Assembly: GCA_022844165.1 (NCBI GenBank)
Contig: JALHMH010000004.1
Location: 64,001-128,000 of the forward strand
DNA length: 64,000 nucleotides
Origin: Lysobacterales bacterium
GTDB lineage: Bacteria > Pseudomonadota > Gammaproteobacteria > Xanthomonadales > SZUA-5
Reading direction: 5' to 3'
Below the pieces are notes generated by a model, which saw nothing but the letters and a program-made list of their open reading frames with translations, did no database searches and was not told where the DNA came from. The translations under genes were made by a program, and so were the position numbers. Shown here one piece after another: positions 18,055 to 29,376 of the stretch (the first letter of the stretch is position 1; each line of letters begins with the position of its first letter).

Positions 18055-19827
18055 ATGACCGAGAACGTATCGCAACGCGCCGCGCTCGGGCGCGTATTTC
18101 AGGCGCTCGCCCCCTATGCCTATGCCTGGCGCTGGCGCATCGCGCTGGTGCTGGGGCTGTTGACGATTGCCAAACTCGCCAATCTGGGCGTGCCAATCAG
18201 CTTCAAGGCAATCATCGATGCGTTGGCGCCGAGTGAGCAACTGATCGCCGTGCCGGTTGCGTTGTTGGCAGCCTATGGCGGATTGCGCCTCCTGGCGGCG
18301 ATGGCTGGCGAGTTGCGGACCATTCTCTTTGCGCGGGTGCATATCGGCGCCCGGCGTCGAGCTGCGCTCGACACCTTCAAGCACCTGCATGCACTCGGAT
18401 TGCGTTTCCATCTGGAGCGTCGTACCGGTGGTCTGGCGCGGGTGATCGAACGCGGCACGGGAGCCATGGAGGACTTTCTCTACTATTGCGTGATCACGAT
18501 CGCGCCAACGCTTTTTGAAATTGCGATCGCGACGGCATTCCTGATTTACGCGTATCCGAATATTTTCGCGCTGACCACGCTGGCGACGCTGGCGGCTTAC
18601 GTGGCGGTCACGATCATCGTTACGGAATGGCGAACGCGCTACTACCGAAAAATGATCGAGTCGGACAACGAATCTGCGGCGCTGGCTGTCGACAGTTTGT
18701 TGAACTACGAGACGGTCAAGTACTTCGCGAACGAGTCTCACGAAGCCTCGCGCTATGACAAGGGCCTGGACACCTGGCAGGCCGCCGCAGAGAAGTCGTG
18801 GTTTACGCTAGGTGTACTCAATGCAGCACAAGCGATGGTCATCGCGCTGGGATTGACCACACTGATGTGGCTAGCCGCCGCGGAGGTAGCCGCAAAGCGC
18901 ATGACCATCGGCGATCTTGTGCTGATCAACACCTTGCTGATCCAGTTATTTATACCGCTCAACATTCTCGGCATGATGTATCGCGACATCAAACAGGCCC
19001 TGTCGGACATGGGCAAGATGTTCGAACTTCTCGATGAAAAACGCGAAGTGCAGGACGCGACCGGGGCCCCGGATTTGCGCGTCCACGGTGGCGAAATCCG
19101 CTTTGAAAGCGTCAGTTTCGCATACGACAAACGGCGGCCGATTCTGTTTGATGTTTCGTTCGTCGTGCCGGCCGGAAAAACCGTGGCTGTGGTCGGTTCC
19201 AGTGGCGCAGGGAAGAGCACACTGGCTCGGTTGTTGTATCGCTTCTATGATGTCCAGGGCGGTACGATTCGCATCGATGGCGCTGATCTTCGTGCCATTA
19301 CACAGCACAGCTTGCGGCAGGCGATCGGCATCGTTCCGCAAGATACGGTGCTGTTTAACGACACACTGTATCGGAACATCGCGTATGGCAATGTCCAAGC
19401 CGCGCGCGAACAGGTCATCGACGCTGCACGTCGCGCGCAAATCCACGATTTCATCGTGTCGCTTCCGGACGGCTACGAGACTATTGTCGGCGAGCGGGGG
19501 CTCAAGCTATCCGGCGGTGAAAAGCAGCGCGTCGCGATCGCGCGAACTTTGCTGAAGAATCCGCCGATTCTTCTTTTTGATGAGGCCACCAGCGCGCTCG
19601 ACTCGGCTACTGAGCGCGAAATTCAGGCGCAGCTTGATGCGATCGCGCAGGAGCGGACAACGTTGGTTATCGCGCATCGGCTCTCGACCATTTCTGGCGC
19701 GGACTCAATTATCGTGATGAGCGAAGGCCGCATCGTCGAACGAGGCACACACGAGGCATTGCTGGCCGCCGAGGGCGCATACGCAAGGCTCTGGGCGCTG
19801 CAAAGCGCGGATGTCGAAGCGGCTTAG
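18055..19827 (+). CDS. ATM1-type ABC exporter (fused permease/ATPase)
   Basis: FHLERRTGGL, DSLLNYETVKYF, GSSGAGKST, VGERGLKLSGGEKQRVAIAR, DEATSALD. Confidence 0.92.
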   Translation: MTENVSQRAALGRVFQALAPYAYAWRWRIALVLGLLTIAKLANLGVPISFKAIIDALAPSEQLIAVPVALLAAYGGLRLLAAMAGELRTILFARVHIGARRRAALDTFKHLHALGLRFHLERRTGGLARVIERGTGAMEDFLYYCVITIAPTLFEIAIATAFLIYAYPNIFALTTLATLAAYVAVTIIVTEWRTRYYRKMIESDNESAALAVDSLLNYETVKYFANESHEASRYDKGLDTWQAAAEKSWFTLGVLNAAQAMVIALGLTTLMWLAAAEVAAKRMTIGDLVLINTLLIQLFIPLNILGMMYRDIKQALSDMGKMFELLDEKREVQDATGAPDLRVHGGEIRFESVSFAYDKRRPILFDVSFVVPAGKTVAVVGSSGAGKSTLARLLYRFYDVQGGTIRIDGADLRAITQHSLRQAIGIVPQDTVLFNDTLYRNIAYGNVQAAREQVIDAARRAQIHDFIVSLPDGYETIVGERGLKLSGGEKQRVAIARTLLKNPPILLFDEATSALDSATEREIQAQLDAIAQERTTLVIAHRLSTISGADSIIVMSEGRIVERGTHEALLAAEGAYARLWALQSADVEAA

Positions 19828-19877
19828 CCCGTGTGCGTTGTGGGCCGGCGGAATCGATCTTGCGCTGCCGACGATAC

Positions 19878-22184
19878 TCACGCTGTCTGCAATGGCCGCA
19901 GTTTGGCCAGTGCATCGACAAGCACCTCGCCACTGAAAGGTTTGATGAGCAGCAGGTCGATCGGCGCGTGGGTTTGTTGCTCGCGCACGGAGCCTGTCAT
20001 CAGCGCCAGCCGCGGGCGTATGCCTTTGAACATCTCGCGGACACGGCCCAGCAGCTCAATGCCGTTTTCATGCTCAAGTTGTTTGTCGCTCAAGACGACG
20101 TCCGGGTCGAATTCGCGGATGGACTTTTCCAGACGGGTGCCATCTTCCAGATCCAAAACGACGGCGCCGGCAATCTCAGCATTCACCCGGATGGCCAGAC
20201 GGACCAGCTCGTCGTCGTCGATAATCAAAAGCCGCAGCCCTTCAAGTGGCCGCAGCGCCGAGACTGGCGCAACAGCCTCGTTCCGATCGGCGTTGGCCAG
20301 TGGCAGCGAAAACGAGAACGCGGCTCCGCCTTCAGTTCGATTCCGTGCGGAAATTTCCCCGCCATGCGCTGCGATAATGCGTTTGGCGACGCTCAGGCCC
20401 AATCCACCGCCACTTTCCTCGCCTGCGTTGGCGCCACGGAAGTAGGCGTCGAAGAGTCTGGGAAGTTCGGACTCGCGCACGCCGGGTCCGTTATCGAGTA
20501 CGGAGACGAACCAGCGCTGATTCTGGATCGAACTTTCGATGCGTATCTCTCCGTTCGACCCATAACGCAGGGCGTTGGTCAACAGGTTAAGGACTACCTG
20601 GCCCAGTCGTTCTGCATCGACATCCGCGACGGCGTCGAGTTCTTCATCTGGATGCGATAAGAAAATGGTGGCGCCCTTCGCGGCGGCGGACGGCGCGACC
20701 CAATCCCGCGCGGCGGTTAAGATGTCGATCAAGCGCGATGGTCGTCTGTGCAGTGCGAATTGACCTCTATCCATGAGCGACAAGTCGAACGCGTCGTTGC
20801 TGATGCGCGCGATCGTCTGCACCGCGCGATGGGCAGTGGCCATCAGCTGCCGTCGCTTGTCGTCTTTTTCATCATGCAGCAAGGCGGTCAGCGCGCCCAT
20901 CAGCCCTTGAATTGGATTACGAATCTCGTGCCCAGCGACGGCCAGCATGTCCGATCTCGCGCTCTGCAAGGACTGCAGTGCGATCGCCCGCGTTTCGTTG
21001 CTCCTTGCGCGAATGGCGGCGAGCGCCGCCAGCGCGACCGCAACGAACGCCATCAGAGTCCAGAACAACAAATTGCGCTGCCCGACGGTGGCCGTGGTTT
21101 CGAGTTCGCGAACGCGCTGCTCTTGGTCGTGGACTCGAGATTCCAGTTCGCGCTCGCGACGGACCGCATTGAGCGAGGCAATCGTTTCGCTGCGCTGGCG
21201 TTCGAACGCACGGCGTTCCTGATCGTGCGCAGATCGAAGAGAGATCAGGGCTTCCTCCAGCCGCGACTGCGCTTGCAGACAGCTCGCTTTGTGGTCGAGC
21301 ACCCGAGCCATTTCTTGCGCATTGTCTGCGCGCTCATGAAATTCCAACGCTGAATCAAATAGCGCGAGCGCCGTCTTGTCATCGCCCGTCATGCACGCGC
21401 GTCGGGCGCGGGCCACGTCGGCAAAAGTTGCCAGGAATTCGTTGCCCGCGGCGCGCGCTTCTTCAGCTACACGGGCCGCCAGCGCCTGCGCTTGTTGTGG
21501 CTGGTCATTCAACACCGACAATTGCGCCAGTAACAAAGTCTGCTCAAGTTCCGCTATCGGTTTAGGGAGCGTGATTTTCGTCGCCTGATCGACCGCGCTT
21601 TGGCTGCCCTCGATATCGCCCAGGGCCTGAGAGACCAGACTTTGGTTCAGCAGTAGTCGTACCTTGGTTTCCGGATCGTCGTTGACGTGCTGCAAGCCAG
21701 CGTCAATGTGGCGTCGCGCCATCTCGAAGTCGGCGCTTCGTCCAGCGATGGAAGAGAGAGTCAGGCGAGCGCGGGCCTGAATCGACGCATCCGCGAGTTT
21801 TTCGCCGATTGCAAGTGCTTCGAGTGCGTCGGTTTGCGCTTCCGGCTGGCGTTCCAATTGGGTCAGCGCACCAGCGCGCAGAATTTTGACGTTGGCAGCA
21901 AGTTGTTCGAGCCCGGCGGATTCGGCCAACGCCACCGTCTCGTCGCCAAGCACAACGATTTCTTCCCAGGCGCCGCGCAAGCGATAGAAACGGAGCAGAT
22001 GCAAACGCGCGCGTACATTCGTTTCGACATCGCCGGCAGCGTTGGCTTCATCGAATAGCTTGCGAGCCATCGGCTCGGTGTTGGAACTGCCTCTTTCCGC
22101 CAGGGACTCCAGTTCCTGCAACGCGACTTGGTGTTGTTGCGGCACGGCAAGCACAAGCGCGGCGACGAAAGGCAAGAACAACAA
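19878..22184 (-). CDS. Hybrid sensor histidine kinase/response regulator with periplasmic TPR-like sensor
   Basis: H-box HEIRNP, NLLTNA, DNGPG, GGGLGL; receiver IIDDD...D...KPF; start uncertain. Confidence 0.85.
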   Translation of the reverse strand: MLFLPFVAALVLAVPQQHQVALQELESLAERGSSNTEPMARKLFDEANAAGDVETNVRARLHLLRFYRLRGAWEEIVVLGDETVALAESAGLEQLAANVKILRAGALTQLERQPEAQTDALEALAIGEKLADASIQARARLTLSSIAGRSADFEMARRHIDAGLQHVNDDPETKVRLLLNQSLVSQALGDIEGSQSAVDQATKITLPKPIAELEQTLLLAQLSVLNDQPQQAQALAARVAEEARAAGNEFLATFADVARARRACMTGDDKTALALFDSALEFHERADNAQEMARVLDHKASCLQAQSRLEEALISLRSAHDQERRAFERQRSETIASLNAVRRERELESRVHDQEQRVRELETTATVGQRNLLFWTLMAFVAVALAALAAIRARSNETRAIALQSLQSARSDMLAVAGHEIRNPIQGLMGALTALLHDEKDDKRRQLMATAHRAVQTIARISNDAFDLSLMDRGQFALHRRPSRLIDILTAARDWVAPSAAAKGATIFLSHPDEELDAVADVDAERLGQVVLNLLTNALRYGSNGEIRIESSIQNQRWFVSVLDNGPGVRESELPRLFDAYFRGANAGEESGGGLGLSVAKRIIAAHGGEISARNRTEGGAAFSFSLPLANADRNEAVAPVSALRPLEGLRLLIIDDDELVRLAIRVNAEIAGAVVLDLEDGTRLEKSIREFDPDVVLSDKQLEHENGIELLGRVREMFKGIRPRLALMTGSVREQQTHAPIDLLLIKPFSGEVLVDALAKLRPLQTA

Positions 22185-22378
22185 GGCAGGGCTCCCAAAA
22201 ACTGCGTGCAGCCTAAGAGCGCCCGATAGGAGCGGTCAACCTTTTTGGTCATTTGAGCTTTTGGCAGAGCCCAATCAGTGATATGCCTGCGTCGCTCCGC
22301 ACCATCCTCCTTGCCCTCGGCCGCTCGCTGCGTTTATTCGAACCGCTCATGGATGTTGACATGCCGTAGGCACTTCGA

Positions 22379-22403
22379 AATGGTACTATTTCGGTACTGT
22401 ATT
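22379..22403. promoter_or_regulatory. Putative Rrf2 (SufR/IscR-like) operator
   Basis: AT-rich imperfect dyad AATGGTACTATTTCGGTACTGTATT directly upstream of the Rrf2 gene. Confidence 0.4.
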
Positions 22404-22416
22404 GACTTGGTTGATT

Positions 22417-22865
22417 ATGTTCAGGCTCAACAAGCTCTCGGATTACGCGGCGGTATTGATGGCCTGTCTGGCCTCTGATGGTGGTCGGGCAAGCGCCCAG
22501 TCACTTGCAGACCGGGCGCGACTGGAGTTGCCGACGGTGGCAAAGTTGTTGAAACAACTCGCGGGTGCCGGACTGGTCAGCGCGACGCGCGGCATTTCCG
22601 GCGGCTACGCATTGGCACGTGCGGCAGAGGACATCAGCGTCGCCGACATCGTGATCGCGATCGAAGGCCCGATGGGTCTGACCGAATGCAGTGTGCACCA
22701 AGGCGCGTGTGGGCGTGAGAATTTTTGCGCGATTTCGAGCAACTTGCGGAAGATCAGTCTGGCCGTCGAGCATGCGTTGCGTGCGGTCACCCTGGCCGAT
22801 CTGGCAGCACCATCGCGGCGCTGGCGACCACGCGTGAGCATCGAGCGGAGCATGGAGACTGTGCA

Positions 22866-22869
<4 letters not shown>
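22417..22869 (+). CDS. SUF system Fe-S cluster assembly regulator (Rrf2 family)
   Basis: [24 protein letters not shown]...[18 protein letters not shown].....C.....C; first gene of the suf operon. Confidence 0.9.
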
Positions 22870-24329
<1,460 letters not shown>

Positions 24330-24482
24330 TCGGACTAATACCTGCAATCGAAGGCGCTGCGTTGATCGTCAGCGTCCTGACTTGCCGAAGCACACGTATG
24401 CGTTGCCGAAGCTTGCGATGACGCAAAGCTCGGAAGCTCTGGCTGCCCCGTAAATGCGAATTAGTAAAAGAGATTGACGTCA

Positions 24483-25244
24483 ATGCTTGAAATCGAAAAC
24501 CTCCACGTCAGCGTCGCCGGCAAGGCGATCTTGAAGGGCTTGAGTCTTGCCATTCGCCCTGGCGAAGTACACGCGATCATGGGGCCGAACGGCGCGGGCA
24601 AGTCAACGCTCGGTCATGTCCTGGCAGGGCGCGAAGGCTACGACGTTACGCAAGGCAGCGTACGCTACCTGGGCGAAGATTTGCTCTCACTGGCGCCCGA
24701 GGAGCGCGCCGCAAAAGGCGTGTTTCTGGCGTTCCAGTACCCGGTGGAAATTCCAGGTGTGAACAACACCTATTTCCTGCGCACGGCACTCAACGCGCAG
24801 CGCAAGGCGCGTGGCGAAAATGAGCTGGATGCCATGCAGTTCTTGAAGCTGACGCGCGAGAAGCTCAAGGTACTCTCGATCTCCGACGAACTGCTGCACC
24901 GTGCGGTGAACGAAGGTTTCTCGGGCGGCGAGAAAAAGCGCAACGAGATCTTCCAGATGGCAGTGCTCGAGCCGCGCCTGGCGATTCTCGACGAGACCGA
25001 TTCGGGCCTCGATATCGATGCGCTCAAGACGGTGGCCGAGGGCGTCAATCGCCTGCGTTCGCCAGAGCGCGGCTTCCTGGTGATCACGCATTACCAGCGT
25101 TTGCTCGACTATATCGTGCCTGATGTTGTGCACGTCCTCGCCGATGGGCGCATCGTCGAGAGCGGTGACAAGTCGCTCGCGCTGACGCTCGAAGAACACG
25201 GTTACGCGTGGATCAAGGAGCGCAAGCCCGGAGCAGCTGCATGA
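24483..25244 (+). CDS. sufC: Fe-S cluster assembly ATPase SufC
   Basis: GEVHAIMGPNGAGKST, FLAFQYPVEIPGV, NEGFSGGEKKRNE, LDETDSGLDIDAL. Confidence 0.97.
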   Translation: MLEIENLHVSVAGKAILKGLSLAIRPGEVHAIMGPNGAGKSTLGHVLAGREGYDVTQGSVRYLGEDLLSLAPEERAAKGVFLAFQYPVEIPGVNNTYFLRTALNAQRKARGENELDAMQFLKLTREKLKVLSISDELLHRAVNEGFSGGEKKRNEIFQMAVLEPRLAILDETDSGLDIDALKTVAEGVNRLRSPERGFLVITHYQRLLDYIVPDVVHVLADGRIVESGDKSLALTLEEHGYAWIKERKPGAAA

Positions 25245-26395
25245 GCGTGATGGACGCCGTTCGCGCGCACCTCACTGCGCCGATCAATCGCGAATCTGCT
25301 GAGCAGGTGATGGGCACCGGCCTGCCGCATGCGAAGACCGAGTCCTGGCGCTACAGCGCGCGTGCGCTCGGCGATCTCGATTTCACACCGCCGCACTTCG
25401 AAGGCGATGCACCGTCGTGGCCTGCTGCCGCGTGCGATGTGCTTGTGGCGGGCGAACAACTGACTTGCTTACCGAGCACAGGCGTGAGTGTCTCCGCCGC
25501 AACCATTGGCGGTGAGTTGCCGGCGGGAGAAGCGCAATCCTTTGCGCGTTTGATGCTGGCTGACGGCACGCCATGCGTGCGGCTCCGTATCGAGCGTGCG
25601 ACGACACCCCTGCGCTTGTCGCTGCATTCGCCGCACAGCGGATACCACGCGCTGCGATTGCTGATCGACGTGGCGCCGGGCGTCAATGTGCACCTGATCG
25701 AAGATCTGCATGGCGGCCATCCCGCAGGAATCGTCAACCGTTGGGTCGATCTGCGCATTGCGGCCGGCGCGAGCGTGCAATGGCTTCGCTGGCAACGTCA
25801 TGCGGCGCGCAGCGTACAACGCACCGATGTGGCGCTTTCTACTGAGGCGCGCCTCAGCTACACCGCCGTTGAGTGCGATGCCCGATTTGCGCGCCATGAT
25901 CTAAACGTTCGACTCGAGGGGCAGGGCGCCAATGCCATGATCGATGGACTTGTGGTCGTAAATGGTCGCCAGCACCACGACACTCAGTTGGCGCTGCGCC
26001 ACTCGGTTCTCGGCGCACACAGCCGAACCCGATGGCGCATGATTGCGAGCGATCGCGCACGCAGCGTATTCAGCGGCCTGATCCACGTCGCCCCTGGTGC
26101 GGATTGCTCCGAAGCGCACCTCAAAACCGCGAATCTTCTGCTATCGCCGCATGCAGAGATCGACACCAAACCTGAGCTCGTCATTGAAGCCGACGAAGTG
26201 GTCTGCTCGCACGGCGCGACGGTCGGGCAACTCGACGACAAGGCGCTGTTTTACCTGCGTTCGCGCGGCGTGTCTGAGCCTGAGGCGCGACGCATGCTGA
26301 CTGTGGCTTTTGGTGGCGATGTGCTGTCGAGCGTTAGCGATGTTGCGGTGCGCGAGACGATGGCTGCCGTGGTGGCGGCCAAGGTCGCGCAATGA
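25241..26395 (+). CDS. sufD: Fe-S cluster assembly protein SufD
   Basis: E.WRY, NLLLS..AEIDTKPEL.I.ADEV.CSHGATVGQLD..ALFYLRSRG. Confidence 0.93.
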   Translation: MSVMDAVRAHLTAPINRESAEQVMGTGLPHAKTESWRYSARALGDLDFTPPHFEGDAPSWPAAACDVLVAGEQLTCLPSTGVSVSAATIGGELPAGEAQSFARLMLADGTPCVRLRIERATTPLRLSLHSPHSGYHALRLLIDVAPGVNVHLIEDLHGGHPAGIVNRWVDLRIAAGASVQWLRWQRHAARSVQRTDVALSTEARLSYTAVECDARFARHDLNVRLEGQGANAMIDGLVVVNGRQHHDTQLALRHSVLGAHSRTRWRMIASDRARSVFSGLIHVAPGADCSEAHLKTANLLLSPHAEIDTKPELVIEADEVVCSHGATVGQLDDKALFYLRSRGVSEPEARRMLTVAFGGDVLSSVSDVAVRETMAAVVAAKVAQ

Positions 26396-26748
26396 GTTCG
26401 CCTTGTGGGTCGTGCAGTGGGGTGACGCAGGTGGCGCTTGACGACGACTTCGGGACGCTTCTTTTGCAGCTCAATCTGGCTGGTAGTGGAAAAGCAAGAG
26501 CGAGGGCACGAGGGCACGAGGGCGCGTGGGCGTATGCTTCGACGAAGCGCGTTCTGCGCTTCAAGACTTTCGATAGTCGACATTGCTCCGAAAAAGCCAC
26601 TGTCTTCCGTGCCCACGTGCCCCCGTTCTTCGGTGCTGCCTGCCGATGCTTGGAACGGCCTTGTGATTCCATCGATCTCGCCTGCCGAGGCTCGCGGAAA
26701 CAGCTCGGAGCGTCGCGCTTTGGCGCGACCCACGGGAGCTCGGAATGA
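26392..26748 (+). other. Insert between sufD and sufS carrying 8-nt repeats and a doubly coupled 118-codon ORF
   Basis: ATGA overlaps at both ends; GAGGGCAC tandem repeats with reverse-complement copies downstream; coding status uncertain. Confidence 0.35.
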
Positions 26749-27950
26749 ACTCCTGGCGTCCCGATTTTCCGATCCTGAAGCGTACGGTCAATGGCAAGCC
26801 GCTGATCTATTTTGATAACGCCAATACCGCTCAAAAGCCGCAAGTCGTCATCGACGCGGTCGATCAGTTTTACTGTCAGCACAACGCCAATGTCGCTCGC
26901 GCGGTGCATCTGCTGAGCGAAGAAGCCACTGCAATGTACGAGCGCGCACGTGAGCGTATCGCTTCCTGGATTGGCGCTGCTGCGCCGCGCGAAATCGTGC
27001 TGACCTCCGGCACCACCATGGCGATCAATCTCGTTGCGCACAGTTTTTTGCGCCCGCGTTTGCGCGAGGGTGATGAAATTTTGATCACCGCGATGGAGCA
27101 CCACGCCAACATCGTGCCGTGGCAATTGCTTTGCGCGGCAACCGGCGCCAAGCTCGTCGTCGCGCCGATCTTTGACGACGGTACACTCGACATCGATGCG
27201 CTGGAGGACCTGATCTCGCCACGGACGAAACTGGTTGCTGTCACGCACGTCTCGAACGTACTTGGCACCATCAATCCGATTGCCAGGATTGCCCAGGAGA
27301 CCAGGGCACGCGGCGTGCCGCTGTTGGTCGACGGTTCGCAAGCGCTGCCTCACTTCAAGGTCGACGTACAGGCATTGGGCTGTGATTTCTATTGCTTTAC
27401 CGGCCACAAACTATTCGCCCCAACTGGTACCGGCGTGCTTTGGGCGCGATATGAGACGCTGGACTCGATGAGCCCATGGATCGGTGGCGGCGAGATGATT
27501 GATGCCGTCAGTTTTGAACGGACAATCTACGCGCCTCCACCTCGACGCTTCGAGGCCGGCACGCCAAACATCGCCGGATTTATCGGACTGGGTGCTGCCA
27601 TCGAATACCTGGCAGCACAGGATTTCCAAGCGATACATACGCTTGAGCAGGCTTTGCTGGCGCAGCTACTGGAGGGATTGCGTGGGCTGGGTGGTGTTCG
27701 GTTCATCGGCCAGAGCAAAGAACGCGTATCAGTGGTCAGCTTTACGCTCGACGGGGCGCATGCGACCGATGTCGCCATGTTGCTGGATCTTGCCGGAATC
27801 GCGGTGCGCTCCGGCCAACATTGTGCGCACCCATTGATGCAGCGCTTTGGTATTCATGCAACGCTTCGGGCGTCACTGGCGTTTTACAACACACCCGAGG
27901 AAGTTGCGGGGTTTGTGGCAGCGCTTGCTCAATGCCGAGCGATGCTTTAG
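26745..27950 (+). CDS. sufS: Cysteine desulfurase SufS
   Basis: YFDNANTAQKP, EHHANIVPWQ, TGHKLFAPTGTG, FEAGTPNIAG, RSGQHCAHPLM. Confidence 0.95.
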   Translation: MNSWRPDFPILKRTVNGKPLIYFDNANTAQKPQVVIDAVDQFYCQHNANVARAVHLLSEEATAMYERARERIASWIGAAAPREIVLTSGTTMAINLVAHSFLRPRLREGDEILITAMEHHANIVPWQLLCAATGAKLVVAPIFDDGTLDIDALEDLISPRTKLVAVTHVSNVLGTINPIARIAQETRARGVPLLVDGSQALPHFKVDVQALGCDFYCFTGHKLFAPTGTGVLWARYETLDSMSPWIGGGEMIDAVSFERTIYAPPPRRFEAGTPNIAGFIGLGAAIEYLAAQDFQAIHTLEQALLAQLLEGLRGLGGVRFIGQSKERVSVVSFTLDGAHATDVAMLLDLAGIAVRSGQHCAHPLMQRFGIHATLRASLAFYNTPEEVAGFVAALAQCRAML

Positions 27951-27987
27951 TCCGCAAGCTGCTTGGAATTTAACAAGATGCGTGCAT

Positions 27988-28006
27988 AATGAGATGTATT
28001 CGCATT
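27988..28006. promoter_or_regulatory. Fur box
   Basis: AATGAGATGTATTCGCATT dyad resembling AATGAGAATCATTCTCATT, directly upstream of an Fe3+-binding protein gene. Confidence 0.7.
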
Positions 28007-28020
28007 TAGGAGAATGGTTC

Positions 28021-29016
28021 ATGCGCATCATCTCGGCAGTATTGGTGCTTTCGTTCGCAGTGCCGGCGTTCGCGGCCGAAAAACTCGTGGTCTATACGGC
28101 GCGGAATGAACAGCTGATCAAACCGCTGTTCGATGCCTACACCGAGGAGACCGGCACCAGGATCGAGTTTCTGACTGACAAAGAAGCGCCGCTGTTGGCG
28201 CGACTTGAAGCCGAAGGCAAATCGACGCCAGCCGACATTCTGATGACAGTCGACGCCGGAAATTTGTGGTTGGCTACCGAAAAAGGATTGCTGGCGAAGA
28301 TCGAGTCGCCGCAACTTGAGAAGAACATCCCGGCGCATCTGCGCGATCCGGACATGCGTTGGTTTGGCCTTTCGGTTCGGGCGCGAACGATCATCTTCAA
28401 CCCGACGATGATCCAGCCTGCCCAACTATCGACGTATGCGGCGCTCGCACAACCCGAGTTCAAGGGTCGGCTTTGTTTGCGGACCTCGAAGAAGGTCTAC
28501 AACCAGTCGCTCACGGCGGTCATGCTGGCAGAATTGGGCGAAGAAAAAACGGAGGCCATTGTTCGCGGTTGGGTGGCAAATCTGGCTACGGAACCGTTCG
28601 CCAGCGATGACGAAGTCATCTTGGCGGTTGCAGCAGGGCGATGCGCTGTTGGTGTGGTCAATACCTATTACTTTGGTCGCCTGAAGCGATCACAGCCGGA
28701 TTTGAACGTTGCCTTGTTTTGGCCGAATCAGGGTGCCGGCGAAAGCGGTGTTCATGTCAATGTTTCCGGCGCAGGGGTGACGACTCACGCGAACAACAAA
28801 GTCGGCGCGCAGCAGTTCATTGAGTGGCTCTCCAAGGGCGATGCTCAGTCGATGTTCGCGAGTTTGAACCTGGAGTTTCCAGCGAACGAGTCGGTCGCAG
28901 CCGACCCAGAAGTGACCGCGTGGGGCGCTTTCCGCCAAGACAAGATCAACGTCAATGAGGCAGGTAAGCTGCAAACTCAGGCGGTGAAGCTGATGGACAG
29001 AGCAGGGTGGAAGTAG
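28021..29016 (+). CDS. Fe(3+) ABC transporter substrate-binding protein (FbpA/FutA family)
   Basis: Signal peptide; VYTAR, EG..TPAD...TVDAG.L, WFGLSVRAR, YNQSL, NTYY, GVHVNVSGAGV, MDRAGWK. Confidence 0.9.
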   Translation: MRIISAVLVLSFAVPAFAAEKLVVYTARNEQLIKPLFDAYTEETGTRIEFLTDKEAPLLARLEAEGKSTPADILMTVDAGNLWLATEKGLLAKIESPQLEKNIPAHLRDPDMRWFGLSVRARTIIFNPTMIQPAQLSTYAALAQPEFKGRLCLRTSKKVYNQSLTAVMLAELGEEKTEAIVRGWVANLATEPFASDDEVILAVAAGRCAVGVVNTYYFGRLKRSQPDLNVALFWPNQGAGESGVHVNVSGAGVTTHANNKVGAQQFIEWLSKGDAQSMFASLNLEFPANESVAADPEVTAWGAFRQDKINVNEAGKLQTQAVKLMDRAGWK

Positions 29017-29023
29017 ACAATCG

Positions 29024-29264
29024 TTAGCGAGGCTTCGCCTCAGACCGCCGAGCATTGTTGGCTTCGCCAGACACCGTACTTGCCACAACCCGCGCTTCGC
29101 ATTTCCGGCCCAGCGGCGCAGCCGCCGGGCGTTCGACTCTGCACACGCCTGCGGCGTGTCAGCGCCGAGTCTCACCCCCTTAACTTAAGGGGCTGCAAAA
29201 GCCAAAGCCGTTTCTAAGAAAATTTGACTCAAATGACAAGATCCAGCTCAGTCAAGGACTCTAG
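29024..29264 (+). repeat. Full-length copy of dispersed ~250-bp hairpin-rich repeat
   Basis: TTAGCGAGGCTTCGCCTCAGACCGCCGAGCAT...TCAAGGACTCTAG. Confidence 0.85.
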
Positions 29265-29376
29265 TATCGCCGTGGCGCAGGCTGATCAGATGTGGCTGTG
29301 CGCCGACGTTGGGCACTGCTTCGAATCCCGGTTGCACTGCTAAACTCATCCACTTCCTGACAATCGGGTATGTGGC

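Noticed and set aside
22356-22389. TTGACA...TACTAT as the suf sigma-70 promoter
   Set aside because: The spacer is about 22 nt, incompatible with 16-18 nt.
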